Assembly: GCA_943350875.1 (NCBI GenBank)
Contig: CALRAL010000002.1
Location: 68,221-132,220, forward strand
Direction: 5' to 3'
Origin: Candidatus Nomurabacteria bacterium
GTDB taxonomy: Bacteria > Patescibacteriota > Minisyncoccia > Phycocordibacterales > UBA9973
DNA length: 64,000 bases
Position numbers and translations under genes: made by a program. Below the pieces are notes generated by a model. That model searched no databases. It worked only from the letters and a program-made list of their open reading frames with translations, and was not told the DNA's origin. Every line of letters starts with the position of its first letter. The stretch's first letter is position 1. Shown piece after piece: positions 9,949 through 19,634 of the stretch.

Positions 9949-10084
9949 TATTGGTAAGTTAGTTCTTTGAAAAATCATAGTTTTTGAAGGTTAATAATAG
10001 GTTGCAATATGTTTCTGAGCGGATTTATTTCTTTTTGGATGCATATTCACAATCTATCTATTAACTTAAAAAAATTTTAAAACT

Positions 10085-10507
10085 ATGAAAAATCTATCTT
10101 TATATCTTCAAAAAAATTGTGGGATTATATTAATCCTGCTTTCTGCAATGACTTTTGGTTTTTGGTCAATATTATGTACTGAAAGCTCAATAGTTGATCA
10201 AATCAGTGCTATATTTTATGGTGATGAGGGGAACAATACTTTATTGTCGTTCTTTCTTGTAGCGATGATGATAAGTGTTGGTTTGCTAACAATTTCACAT
10301 AAAATTTCTACTGTTCGTATAATTAGTGCAACTATCATTTATACTGCACTATATTTATTCGGAATTGTTGTCGGATATCGTTATGTAGCTATATCACACA
10401 AAGATATTTATTTAATGATTGCTATAAGTTCCTTATTCTTGGGTTTGTTTTTAGTTTGGGTATCTAAAAAAACTCAGGCTGACATTATACAATACCAAAA
10501 ATCATAG
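10085..10507 (+). CDS. small polytopic membrane protein, unknown function
   Basis: Four hydrophobic helices. Confidence 0.4.
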   Translation: MKNLSLYLQKNCGIILILLSAMTFGFWSILCTESSIVDQISAIFYGDEGNNTLLSFFLVAMMISVGLLTISHKISTVRIISATIIYTALYLFGIVVGYRYVAISHKDIYLMIAISSLFLGLFLVWVSKKTQADIIQYQKS

Positions 10508-10635
10508 CTCTCAAATGAGCTACAAAAACCACATTTCTGAAATACGAGATGTGGTTTTTTTTTATTTATACTACAAAACAATACGGTCGTCTTGTTTCAT
10601 AGTATACACAGGCAACGCCTGTGTATTTAATTTTG

Positions 10636-11033
10636 TGGAGATGCGGGGAATCGAACCCCGGTGCAGAAGGTTTTTACAAAGAAATCTACATACCTAGCGC
10701 ACTTTTTGGTTTAAATTGAAAAATTCTTAAGCGAGCCAAATATTTTTCAATCGATTCCTTTTGTTTCGAAAAAAAGTCAGGAAATTCTTTTCTCTATCCC
10801 GATTATATTATGCCTGCCCTCATATATCGGAAGTCTATGAGAGAGACACAAGCTTACGCTAAAGCGGAAACTTGAGCAAAAGCAAAGTCCTTCATACCGA
10901 AGTATGGAGAAGCGATTGCTTTTACTTTAGAAGCTAATTTTGCAATTAACATTTGAGCGAATTTTTATGAGATTACGCCCATGCTCAGTATGCATCAATG
11001 GTAAAAAGCCAACTGTCTATGCCTTGCATCCCC
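10636..11033 (-). ncRNA. ssrA: tmRNA (SsrA)
   Basis: 5' end GGGGAUGCAAGGCAUAGACAG... pairs with the 3' acceptor strand ...CAUCUCC-A and includes a G3:U70 wobble (alanine identity). A T-arm CGGGGTTCGATTCCCCG sits immediately 5' of the acceptor. An internal open frame ends ...FAFAQVSALA-TAA (stop at plus 10854-10856). smpB is immediately upstream on the same strand. Confidence 0.8.
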
Positions 11034-11046
11034 ATGAATTTTATTT

Positions 11047-11505
11047 TCAACGATCTTTAAAATCTCTCCTTAGCTCTCTATCTGTCTCCCGTTTTTTAAT
11101 AGTCTCGCGTTTATCATGCTTTTTCTTGCCTTTTACGAGGGCTATATCTATCTTTATCTTCCTACCTTTATTATACACTGACATAGGCACAATCGTCAAG
11201 TTTGTTTTTTCATTTTTTGCTAATTCTCCTATTTCTTCTCTAGTTAACAATATTCTCCTATTGCGTAATGGGTCATAATTCTTCGGTGCATTTTTGGGTT
11301 GATATGGAGGAATGTTGGCATTTATTAAAAAGATTTCTCCTCCACGCACAACAATAAAGGCTCCTTCGAGTGACATCTGTCCATTACGAACTGATTTAAC
11401 TTCACTGCCAAGTAGCTCAATACCCGCTTCGTATTTTTCCAAAATTTCATAATCAAACCTCGCTTTTCTGTTTTCTACATAATTAGACATATTTAATCTT
11501 AACAC
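11047..11505 (-). CDS. smpB: SsrA-binding protein SmpB
   Basis: NRKARFDYEILEKYEAGIELLGSEVKSVR and IPPYQ motifs. Confidence 0.9.
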   Translation of the reverse strand: MLRLNMSNYVENRKARFDYEILEKYEAGIELLGSEVKSVRNGQMSLEGAFIVVRGGEIFLINANIPPYQPKNAPKNYDPLRNRRILLTREEIGELAKNEKTNLTIVPMSVYNKGRKIKIDIALVKGKKKHDKRETIKKRETDRELRRDFKDR

Positions 11506-11552
11506 AATTTCTTTGGCTTTTCTTTAGTATTTTTTTGTGCTATCTTTTAATT

Positions 11553-13463
11553 ATGGATATTAATTTTTTGAATAAAAAGACTGAACAGAACAAGGGTAAA
11601 AAAGGGAAAGAGCCAAAGTTTGGCAGAAGCCTTGCTTTGGCACTTTTTTTCTTTATGCTCATCACGGCATTTTATTTGGCGGTTTCTGATACATCAAAAA
11701 ATACTCCTGAGATTTCTATTTCTGATTTAGCAAAAAGTGTCTCGGCTGGAGAGGTCAAGAATATATTAGTAGAAGGAGAGAAACTCACTATCACATATAA
11801 GAATGATGAAATAAAAAGTACTAAAAAAGAAATTGAATCTTCTCTTTCACAAACACTTTTTAATTATGGAGTAAAACCAGATGCGCTTTCTAAGACAAAT
11901 GTGGAGATAAAAAATGAAAGTGGCTTTGGTTTTTGGTTGATGAATATGTTGCCATTTTTCTTGCCAGTTATTTTTATCGTGCTTTTCTTTTGGTATCTTT
12001 CTCGCCAAGTCAAAGGTGCAGGCATGCAAGCATTTTCTTTTGGTCAATCAAAGGCGCGTATCACAGATCCGAATGACAAAAACAACAAAGTGACTTTCAA
12101 AGATGTGGCTGGATGCAAAGAAGCGAAAGAAGAATTGAAAGAAATTGTAGATTTCTTAAAAAGTCCTAAAAAGTTCTTGGATATTGGAGCAAGGATTCCT
12201 AAAGGAGTCATTTTGACTGGTGCTCCGGGTACAGGGAAGACATTACTTGCCAGAGCTGTCGCAGGCGAATCCAGTGTACCGTTCTTTCATTTATCAGGAA
12301 GTGAGTTCGTAGAAATGTTTGTGGGCGTTGGAGCTTCACGAGTGCGTGATTTGTTTAAAATGGCCAAAAAAGCTGCCCCAGCCATCATATTCGTAGATGA
12401 AATAGATGCAATAGGACGAACTCGTGGGGGAGGATTTGGTGGGGGGAATGATGAAAGAGAGCAGACATTAAACCAGATATTGGTGGAAATGGATGGTTTT
12501 GAGCCAAATGACAAGGTGATAGTGATGGCGGCGACGAACAGGCCTGACGTTTTGGATCCAGCTCTTGTCCGCCCAGGACGTTTCGATAGAAAAGTCATTC
12601 TTGATTTACCAGATCGTGCAGACAGAGAAGCAATATTAAAAATCCATGCAGAGAAAAAGCCACTAGCTGAGGATATTAATCTAAAATTAATTGCCGAACG
12701 TACTCCTGGGTTCTCTGGTGCAGATCTGTATTCACTCATGAACGAAGGGGCAATCTTGGCAGCGAGAGAAAACAGAAAAAAAGTTTTCCAATTTGATTTG
12801 ATTCGCGCTATTGAAAAAGTAATGCTTGGACCGGAGCGTAAAAGTCATTTACTTTCTAAAAAAGAAAAAGAAATCACTGCGTATCATGAAGCTGGGCATG
12901 CTCTCGTGGCTTCGGTGTTACCTTATGCTGATCCAGTACATAAAGTCTCTATTATTGCTCGTGGCAATGCTGGGGGATACACACTCAAGCTCCCACTGGA
13001 AGAAAAACGTTTACAATATAAAAAAGAATTTATTGATGACATAGCGATGTCGCTTGGTGGATATGTGGCAGAGAAAATGATTTTCGGAGACATCACTACT
13101 GGGCCGTCGAGTGATCTCCAAGGGGCGACGAACCTCGCCCGGGCGATGATTACACGTTTTGGAATGTCAGATGTCATCGGTCCAGTAGCTCTCGCGCCGA
13201 ATGGGGGCCGGTCTTTGAATGGGGAAGTTTTTGAGCGAGATTATTCGGAAAGTGTTTCCACTAAGATAGATTCTGAAGTTTCAAAAATAATAGACAATGG
13301 CATAAAGTCAGCAGAGAAAGTGCTGACTGAACACAGGAAAGCACTCGATGCCATCGCAAACAAGCTTATAGAGGTAGAGACCCTAGAGCAAGAAGAATAT
13401 GAGAAAATCATAGTGGCACATGGTATAACTCCAAAGAAAAAGGACATAGAAAAGATTGGTTAA
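11553..13463 (+). CDS. ftsH: ATP-dependent zinc metalloprotease FtsH
   Basis: N-terminal TM helices, AAA Walker [18 protein letters not shown], second region of homology, HEAGHAL zinc site. Confidence 0.9.
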   Translation: MDINFLNKKTEQNKGKKGKEPKFGRSLALALFFFMLITAFYLAVSDTSKNTPEISISDLAKSVSAGEVKNILVEGEKLTITYKNDEIKSTKKEIESSLSQTLFNYGVKPDALSKTNVEIKNESGFGFWLMNMLPFFLPVIFIVLFFWYLSRQVKGAGMQAFSFGQSKARITDPNDKNNKVTFKDVAGCKEAKEELKEIVDFLKSPKKFLDIGARIPKGVILTGAPGTGKTLLARAVAGESSVPFFHLSGSEFVEMFVGVGASRVRDLFKMAKKAAPAIIFVDEIDAIGRTRGGGFGGGNDEREQTLNQILVEMDGFEPNDKVIVMAATNRPDVLDPALVRPGRFDRKVILDLPDRADREAILKIHAEKKPLAEDINLKLIAERTPGFSGADLYSLMNEGAILAARENRKKVFQFDLIRAIEKVMLGPERKSHLLSKKEKEITAYHEAGHALVASVLPYADPVHKVSIIARGNAGGYTLKLPLEEKRLQYKKEFIDDIAMSLGGYVAEKMIFGDITTGPSSDLQGATNLARAMITRFGMSDVIGPVALAPNGGRSLNGEVFERDYSESVSTKIDSEVSKIIDNGIKSAEKVLTEHRKALDAIANKLIEVETLEQEEYEKIIVAHGITPKKKDIEKIG

Positions 13464-13523
13464 TCCATGTTTTTTGTGTTATTCTAGCAAATATTCCACC
13501 CTTAGCTCAGTTTCCGCCAGAGG

Positions 13524-13552
13524 CGAACCAGCCTATGGCTGGGGTTAGCTTT
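13524..13552 (+). terminator. putative terminator hairpin after ftsH
   Basis: CCAGCC-TAT-GGCTGG stem followed by a T-rich tract. Confidence 0.35.
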
Positions 13553-13559
13553 ATTGTTT

Positions 13560-13805
13560 ATGTTTAGAATATATGTGTTAAAAAGTTTAAAAAATGGAAA
13601 GAGATATGTTGGTTATACGAGTAAAATGTCTGAAAAAAGACTAATCGAACACAATTCAGGATCTAATGCTTTTACAAGACAAAATAGGCCTTTTGTGCTA
13701 ATCTATACCGAGGAATATAGTACAAAAACTGAAGCAATAAAAAGAGAAATTTTTTTGAAATCGGGACAAGGAAGAAAATTTTTAGATAAAATTATCCGCG
13801 TGTAG
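13560..13805 (+). CDS. small GIY-YIG nuclease-family protein
   Basis: IYVLKSLKNGKRYVGYT (GIY...YIG) motif; the stop codon overlaps the first bases of the downstream tRNA. Confidence 0.6.
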   Translation: MFRIYVLKSLKNGKRYVGYTSKMSEKRLIEHNSGSNAFTRQNRPFVLIYTEEYSTKTEAIKREIFLKSGQGRKFLDKIIRV

Positions 13806-13868
13806 CTCAGTTGGTAGAGCAATCCGCTTATACCGGATCGGTCCCACGTTCGAGTCGTGGCACGCGGA
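13796..13868 (+). tRNA. tRNA with anticodon UAU (Ile-like, reads AUA)
   Basis: Manual cloverleaf. Acceptor CCGCGTG/CACGCGG, D-arm TAGCTCAGTTGGTAGAGC, anticodon stem ATCCG/CGGAT with loop CTTATAC, T-arm CCACG-TTCGAGT-CGTGG, discriminator A, no encoded CCA. Confidence 0.7.
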
Positions 13869-13918
13869 CTTGACAGAAAAGTGCATTAGGTGTATACTAT
13901 GTATACATTTATAATTAA

Positions 13919-15082
13919 TTGATATATAATAATTGTATGAGTTTTCTAAATAATTACGAAAGTAAACAAAAGGGTGGTAAAACTAATCAAGCTCCTGAAG
14001 GTATGACTATGGCTGAGATTCTAGCCAATAAGTCAGATAGTATTAATTTTGGTTTGTATCTAAAAACAGAAAGAACGGATCCAGCTTTAACAGAAAGACT
14101 TATTTCTGGAACTTTAAAAGATGGTGATATTAATGAATTAGAAGGGTTAAGATCAGTTTTTGCTAAAAAGATTGAAAAAGCGAGAGAACTTTCAGACTAT
14201 ATAAATGAAGAAAATGTTGTTTCATTGGCTGGTAAATCTCCTGGGGTTCAGAAGATTTTAAACCTAATGGTTCCAGCAAAAGCGGTAACTGTATTTAAGA
14301 ATATGTTTGAAAAGATGTCTATTACAGATGGAGCTACTTTTAGTACTATATCAAGTGCTATTACAACGCTAGAAGATTACAAAAATGGTAAATTGAAAGA
14401 TGTAGAAGATGGTGTTCAGTGCTTGATAGAGAAATATAGAATTAAAGATGAAGAAGCTTTGACCGAAGCTTTGCAAATAAAGAATAAAGCTAGTAGGGAA
14501 GAAGCCTTAGCAAAGATTGTGAAAGATGGACACGGCAAGATCAGGAAACTTTTTGACTGGATGACCGATGGTAATAGTGGATTCTTCAGAGATCCTTCCT
14601 TAATAGCAAAGGTGTCTGAATTAAATAAGAAAAAAGGTCAGATTGAAAAGGCTATTTTAGAAGTTAATAAGAAAATGAAATCTGTCGGGGAGGTTTTGGC
14701 TAGTTCTGTAAATAACAATCCAGATCTGTTGAATGCTTTTTCAAAAGAATTGATTGGTAAAAAGGTAGATAAAGATGGTAACAATAGTGCTTTCAAAGAT
14801 TTATATTCTGTCCCAGAAACAGAAAAGACTGAAGAAGAAATAATAAAAGAGATGCAAGTTAGTTTGGATAAAAAAATAAAAGATATGGGTGCTACTTGGA
14901 CAGCTAAAACTAAAAAAGAAAAAGATGATTATGTGAATACAGCGTTCAAGAATGACTATAAAGATGATTCCAAAAAAGAATACAAGAAAAAAAGCGGTTT
15001 TTGGAGTTTCTTCTTTAGTATGTTATTTGATAGTTTCGATAAAAAAGTTGATAGTATTGATAAAACTAAATTCAAATATTAA
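13919..15082 (+). CDS. Lys/Glu-rich hypothetical protein
   Basis: Long ORF with no recognisable motifs; start uncertain (several in-frame ATGs). Confidence 0.35.
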   Translation: MIYNNCMSFLNNYESKQKGGKTNQAPEGMTMAEILANKSDSINFGLYLKTERTDPALTERLISGTLKDGDINELEGLRSVFAKKIEKARELSDYINEENVVSLAGKSPGVQKILNLMVPAKAVTVFKNMFEKMSITDGATFSTISSAITTLEDYKNGKLKDVEDGVQCLIEKYRIKDEEALTEALQIKNKASREEALAKIVKDGHGKIRKLFDWMTDGNSGFFRDPSLIAKVSELNKKKGQIEKAILEVNKKMKSVGEVLASSVNNNPDLLNAFSKELIGKKVDKDGNNSAFKDLYSVPETEKTEEEIIKEMQVSLDKKIKDMGATWTAKTKKEKDDYVNTAFKNDYKDDSKKEYKKKSGFWSFFFSMLFDSFDKKVDSIDKTKFKY

Positions 15083-15099
15083 TATATAATACCTTTTAT

Positions 15100-15399
15100 A
15101 TGAATCAAACAATAAATAAAGAACTCTTAGAAAATTTATCTCTCATCTTAAAAGAGGGAGATATTGCAAAAACAAAGAATTTCTTAATTGAGAATTTCAA
15201 ATCTTTTCCTGAGTCAGTTCAGGACGAAATAACTATGGCATTTATGTCTGAAGCCATTATTGATGAGGCTAATAGGATAGATGCGGTGACAGAAATGCAA
15301 AAACAAGGCTTAGAAATGATGGCAAGTCTAGAAAAAATAAAATCTTCTTTAGAAGATGAACTCAAAGCTATAGACCTCACTCAAGGATTAAAGAAATAA
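15100..15399 (+). CDS. small acidic hypothetical protein
   Basis: ORF followed by a GGATAG..CTATCC hairpin plus T-run terminator at 15475-15498. Confidence 0.3.
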   Translation: MNQTINKELLENLSLILKEGDIAKTKNFLIENFKSFPESVQDEITMAFMSEAIIDEANRIDAVTEMQKQGLEMMASLEKIKSSLEDELKAIDLTQGLKK

Positions 15400-15522
15400 T
15401 TTTGTTTTCTATTTTTTCGCTTTAAACCACTCGAAAATACTGTTTGCAAGAGGTAAAAAAATCATAATTTTAAGGATAGTTTAGCCTATCCTTTTTTATG
15501 TTCATTTTTACGAGTTATCCAC

Positions 15523-15553
15523 TTTACACCGGGGGACTGTTCTCCTGTATAAT
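15523..15553 (+). promoter_or_regulatory. putative promoter (TTTACA-19-TATAAT) for the membrane protein-nrdJ-adenosyltransferase unit
   Basis: Hexamers located 20-50 nt upstream of the ATG at 15574. Confidence 0.3.
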
Positions 15554-15573
15554 GATCTAACGATTAAAAAATT

Positions 15574-16110
15574 ATGAAAAATTGGCTAAAATTTGTCATC
15601 GGTTTTGGGTGTTGTCTTTTGCTCCGGCTTGTGCCTTTTCGTGCGCCAAATATCGAGCCAATATTAGCGACTCAGATGCCTTTCAGTAAAGTTTACGGAG
15701 CTATCTTCGGATTTATTTTTGGATTTTTCAGTATTATTATTTATGATTTAATAACAGTTCATTTTGGCTTATGGTCTTTAATAACCGGAATGATTTATGG
15801 GCTACTTGGAATAATAGCCACTTCTTATTTTAGAAAAAAAGAAAACCCCAGTAGATGGGATTATGCTTTGTTTGCGGTGTTTGGGACTTTACTCTATGAT
15901 GCACTGACTGGTCTCACTATCGGTCCGCTATTTTTCCACCAATCTTTCATAAATGCACTTACTGGACAAATACCATTCACCTTTCTCCATCTATTAGGTA
16001 ACGTTTCGTTCTCTGTGATTTTAAGCCCAGCAATTTATAATTTTATTTCAAGAAATAAAAAGTTAGAAGCAGAATCCATTATTAATATTTTTAGTCCTAA
16101 AACAATTTAA
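15574..16110 (+). CDS. polytopic membrane protein, ECF-transporter S-component-like (putative vitamin/cobalamin uptake by context)
   Basis: About 6 TM helices, ~180 aa. Appears co-transcribed with the AdoCbl-dependent RNR and the cobalamin adenosyltransferase. The function call is inferred from context only. Confidence 0.3.
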   Translation: MKNWLKFVIGFGCCLLLRLVPFRAPNIEPILATQMPFSKVYGAIFGFIFGFFSIIIYDLITVHFGLWSLITGMIYGLLGIIATSYFRKKENPSRWDYALFAVFGTLLYDALTGLTIGPLFFHQSFINALTGQIPFTFLHLLGNVSFSVILSPAIYNFISRNKKLEAESIINIFSPKTI

Positions 16111-16114
16111 CTCT

Positions 16115-18409
16115 ATGAAAAAGATAGAAAAAATTCCAAAAGCTGAATTATCAAAAATAAAATCAATCAGAAAAAGAAGTGGAGAAGTCATCCCTTTTGA
16201 TTTAGAAGTTGTGGTGAGGGCTGTTTCCAAAGCTTTTGAAGTTTCAGGGGAAGGTGGGGAAGATGAGTCTAGAATTGTGGCAAATAATGTTTTCAAAAGT
16301 CTTTTCAAATTACGTTCTGATTTATTGAAAGATAGAAAAGGTGTGCAGTTCTTGCCGACTGTCGAAGTGATGCAGGACTTGGTGGAGAAGGAATTAATGA
16401 ATGCTGGTTTTACTGATACTGCCAAGAAATATATTTTATATAGAAGCAAACGTTCCGAACTCAGAGCTACTTTTGGCCCTGTGCCAGAGGAAATAAAAAA
16501 AGCAGTGGAAGAATCCAGTAAATATTTCTACAGTCCATATTCAGAATATATTTTCTATCAATTTTATTCACGATGGGTACCAGAGTTAGGACGCAGAGAA
16601 ACTTGGATAGAAACCATAGACAGATATATGGCCTATATGAAGGAAAATATGGGTAATAAATTAACCGAGAAAGAGTACGAAGATGTAAGGCAAGCTATCA
16701 TAAATCAGGATATTTGCCCTTCTATGCGACTTTTATGGTCTTCGGGCAAGGCATGTCGTAATTCAAATGTCTGGGCTTATAATTGCTCATATATCGCTCC
16801 TACTTGTTTTCAAGATTTAGGGGAAATTATGTATATTTTGATGTGTGGAGCAGGACTAGGATTTGCCGTGGAGTGGGAAAATGTCCAACAATTTCCTCAG
16901 ATCAAAAAACAAGTAAAAGAAAAATCATCTATTCATCTCGTAGAAGACAGTAAAGAAGGCTGGGCTAATGCATTTGTTTTGGGACTCAAGACTTGGTTTG
17001 ATGGTAAGGATATGAAGTTCGATTATTCTATGATTCGTCCTGCAGGTGCGCGTCTTGAGACAGCTGGAGGTAGAGCTTCTGGACCACAACCGTTGATGGA
17101 TTTAATGGAATTTGCAAGAACAAAGATTTTATCTAAACAAGGTCGTCGTCTTTCAAATATGGATATGCATGATGTGATATGTCAGATAGGGATGATCGTG
17201 GTAGCAGGGGGAGTCAGACGTAGCGCCCTCATCTCTCTGTCTGAACTTGAAGATACAGAAATGCGTGATTCGAAGAAAGGACAATTCTATGTAAATGAGC
17301 CACAACGTTCGATGGCAAATAATTCTGCGGTTTATAGCGCCAAGCCTTCAGCCGAAGAATTCTTGGAAGAATGGACTGCCTTGGTAAAGTCTGGTTCTGG
17401 TGAACGTGGAATATTTAACAGAGGAGGATTAGAAAAACAATTGCCAGCTCGCAGATGGGAAGCTGTAAAAGATGAAAGGCAATTAGGGCTTAACCCTTGT
17501 GGAGAAATTTATCTACGTTCAAAACAATTTTGTAATTTGACGAGTATTGTTATCCGTCCAAAAGATACGATAGTCACCTTAAAAAGGAAAATGGAGTTAG
17601 CAACATTGCTCGGTACTTATCAATCCACTTTGACAAACTTTGGTTATTTATCAAAGAAATGGAAAGAGAATTGTGAAGAGGAGAGGTTGCTCGGAGTATC
17701 ACTCACTGGATATTATGACAATCCGATTATTCGTAATGACAAAGTGCTAGATATTTTGAGAACTGATGCTATTGAGACAAATAAAAAATATGCAAAGCGT
17801 TTTGGGATAAATGCTTCGACAGCTATCACTTGCGTAAAACCACATGGGAATTCCGGTCAACTTTTAGGGGTAGGTTCCGGTATGCACCCTTGGTTTGCCC
17901 CATATTTTATCCGCAGAGTTCGTATTTCTCATACTGATACTTTGCTTCAAATGGCTCGTGACCAAGGAGTACCTTGTTTGCCAGAAGTTGGACAATCTGC
18001 GGAATCTGCGACAACTTTCGTATTAGAATTCCCGGTCAAAGCACCAGAAGGGGCAATATTCAAAGATGAAGTTTCTGCCCTTGATTTGATGAAAGAATGG
18101 AAAAGACTCAAGGAACATTTTGTGGAGCATAATCCTTCGGCTACGATATATGTCGGTCCTGAAGAATGGCTCGCAGTAGGGAATTTTGTTTATGAGAATT
18201 GGGATGTAGTTGGAGGGCTTTCTTTCCTACCACGATCTGAGCATGTATATCAACTTGCTCCTTATGAAGCTATTACTAAAGAAGAATATGAAAAACGTTC
18301 CAAGGCTATTGGTAAAATAGATTTCTCTAAACTTTCTCATTATGAAGCTATCGACAATACGACTGGGGCAAAAGAATTCGCTTGTGTGTCTGGCGTTTGC
18401 GAAATATAA
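16115..18409 (+). CDS. nrdJ: class II adenosylcobalamin-dependent ribonucleotide reductase (monomeric), with N-terminal ATP-cone
   Basis: ATP-cone (RKRSGEVIPFDLEVVVRAV), NPCGEIYL catalytic-cysteine motif, C-terminal Cys pair. No NrdB/NrdF partner is nearby, and a cobalamin adenosyltransferase is adjacent. Confidence 0.75.
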   Translation: MKKIEKIPKAELSKIKSIRKRSGEVIPFDLEVVVRAVSKAFEVSGEGGEDESRIVANNVFKSLFKLRSDLLKDRKGVQFLPTVEVMQDLVEKELMNAGFTDTAKKYILYRSKRSELRATFGPVPEEIKKAVEESSKYFYSPYSEYIFYQFYSRWVPELGRRETWIETIDRYMAYMKENMGNKLTEKEYEDVRQAIINQDICPSMRLLWSSGKACRNSNVWAYNCSYIAPTCFQDLGEIMYILMCGAGLGFAVEWENVQQFPQIKKQVKEKSSIHLVEDSKEGWANAFVLGLKTWFDGKDMKFDYSMIRPAGARLETAGGRASGPQPLMDLMEFARTKILSKQGRRLSNMDMHDVICQIGMIVVAGGVRRSALISLSELEDTEMRDSKKGQFYVNEPQRSMANNSAVYSAKPSAEEFLEEWTALVKSGSGERGIFNRGGLEKQLPARRWEAVKDERQLGLNPCGEIYLRSKQFCNLTSIVIRPKDTIVTLKRKMELATLLGTYQSTLTNFGYLSKKWKENCEEERLLGVSLTGYYDNPIIRNDKVLDILRTDAIETNKKYAKRFGINASTAITCVKPHGNSGQLLGVGSGMHPWFAPYFIRRVRISHTDTLLQMARDQGVPCLPEVGQSAESATTFVLEFPVKAPEGAIFKDEVSALDLMKEWKRLKEHFVEHNPSATIYVGPEEWLAVGNFVYENWDVVGGLSFLPRSEHVYQLAPYEAITKEEYEKRSKAIGKIDFSKLSHYEAIDNTTGAKEFACVSGVCEI

Positions 18410-18418
18410 TTATAAATT

Positions 18419-18976
18419 ATGTTATATACAAGGAAAGGTGATGGTGGTACAACTAAAACCTTTGGGTGCGATCAGAGAGTTTCAAAGAGCTCTAATATCG
18501 CTGAAGCCTTGGGTTCTCTTGATGAGATCAATTCTTTTCTTGGTTTGCTAAAAGTCAAATCTGGAAATATGTCTTTAGACTTGCCTTCGGGAACAGTTTT
18601 GTTTTCCGCAAATATTGATCGAATTCAACAAGATCTGTTTATAGTTCAGGCCGAACTTGCCGGTGCAGATAAAAAAATCTCTCCAGAAAAAGTTGTCTGG
18701 CTTGAAGGAATAATCGATGGTATAGAAAAGATGCTTCCACCTATTAAAACTTTCTTTGTTTCCGGGGGCACAGAACTTGCGACTTTGTCTGACATTGCGC
18801 GTACCATTTGTCGTCGAGCTGAGAGGCGAGTGGTGGGAGTGACAGAAGAAGGTAAAATAACAATTAGTAAAGAAACTTTGGCTTATTTGAATCGTCTTTC
18901 CAGTGTTTTATATGCTTTTGCTCGTATTTTTAACCATATGGGAGGAATCAAAGAAGAAGCTCCAAAATATGATTAA
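18419..18976 (+). CDS. PduO-type ATP:cob(I)alamin adenosyltransferase
   Basis: YTRKGDGGTT N-terminal signature and ~185 aa size. Confidence 0.8.
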   Translation: MLYTRKGDGGTTKTFGCDQRVSKSSNIAEALGSLDEINSFLGLLKVKSGNMSLDLPSGTVLFSANIDRIQQDLFIVQAELAGADKKISPEKVVWLEGIIDGIEKMLPPIKTFFVSGGTELATLSDIARTICRRAERRVVGVTEEGKITISKETLAYLNRLSSVLYAFARIFNHMGGIKEEAPKYD

Positions 18977-19034
18977 GTTATCCACATTGAGATTTTGTAA
19001 TGTAGATGTATGATGTAGAAGTGTTTAACAAATA

Positions 19035-19200
19035 AATAGGTTCATATTGGGGAAGTGAGGTGAAAGTCCTCCACAGTGCCGCTACGGTAAGTCCGATTTT
19101 GATTGGACAAGTCCGAATACCAATATGATATGTAGTCCCGAGCAGGAATTTAAATACTTAACGTATTTTTAGCCAAATGACTCCTCGGAAGGAGTTTTTT
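19035..19200 (+). promoter_or_regulatory. cobalamin (B12) riboswitch with terminator/SD-sequestering expression platform
   Basis: GGGGAAGTGAGGTGAAAGTCCTCCACAGTGCCGCTACGGTAAGTCCG matches the conserved GGGAA..GGTGAAAnTCC...CCGCTAC.GTAAG core. A downstream AGTCCCGAGCAGGAA B12-box-like segment follows. Hairpin GACTCCTCGGAAGGAGT plus T8 includes the AAGGAG SD, 10 nt before the ATG at 19206. Confidence 0.7.
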
Positions 19201-19205
19201 TATTT

Positions 19206-19634
19206 ATGAAAACAGAAAAATACAAAATTATATTTATAACCGTCGTCTTCATTTTAGTGTTGGTTTTATTATATTCATATAAAAATATCTCTGTTTCTGT
19301 TGAAAATAAAGGCATGAAGAATGTAGATTCTTCTACAGGATCTAAAAAAGAAAATATTTCTGCAACTTTGATTGTTGGGGGAAAAAAAATACTTTTAACA
19401 TCCCAAATAAATTCATCTTTATATGATGTTCTTTTAGAAGCAAAGAAAAATAATCAGATAAATTTTACTGGTAAAGTTTACCCTTTGCTTGGTTTTTTTG
19501 TAGATAGTATTGATAATTTGAAAAATAAAGATGGAAAGTATTTGTTTTATTATATAAACGGTAAAGAGGCATCTGTCGGTGTTTCTAATTATATACTCAA
19601 AGACGGGGACGTGATTGAGTGGAAATTAAAATGA
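19206..19634 (+). CDS. membrane-anchored DUF4430-domain protein (transcobalamin/intrinsic-factor beta-domain-like; putative B12-binding)
   Basis: N-terminal TM anchor, then LFYYINGKEASVGVSNYILKDGDVIEWKL, characteristic of DUF4430. Lies downstream of the B12 riboswitch, with an ATGA overlap to the next gene. Confidence 0.6.
   Translation: MKTEKYKIIFITVVFILVLVLLYSYKNISVSVENKGMKNVDSSTGSKKENISATLIVGGKKILLTSQINSSLYDVLLEAKKNNQINFTGKVYPLLGFFVDSIDNLKNKDGKYLFYYINGKEASVGVSNYILKDGDVIEWKLK

Noticed and set aside
10515-11278. ORF-track proteins 10515-10697 (+) and 10940-11278 (+)
   Set aside because: They lie within or overlap the tmRNA and smpB on the opposite strand. Composition is low-complexity with no motifs, so they are treated as spurious.
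12421-12450. G-rich stretch in ftsH ([11 protein letters not shown]) considered as another palindromic insertion
   Set aside because: This Gly-rich segment precedes the conserved EREQTLNQ motif in all FtsH proteins, and the nucleotide sequence lacks a matching C-run, so it is native sequence.
13495-13552. tRNA-like fragment (CTTAGCTCAGTT resembles a D-arm) upstream of the GIY-YIG gene
   Set aside because: No acceptor, anticodon or T-arm pairing could be built on either strand. The GC-rich part folds as a simple CCAGCC/GGCTGG hairpin followed by T-rich sequence, which fits better as the ftsH terminator. Could still be a tRNA remnant.
15400-15573. Looked for a second cobalamin riboswitch upstream of the membrane-protein/nrdJ/adenosyltransferase unit
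   Set aside because: No GGTGAAAnTCC core or B12-box-like sequence is present. Only a terminator hairpin and a promoter-like element were found.
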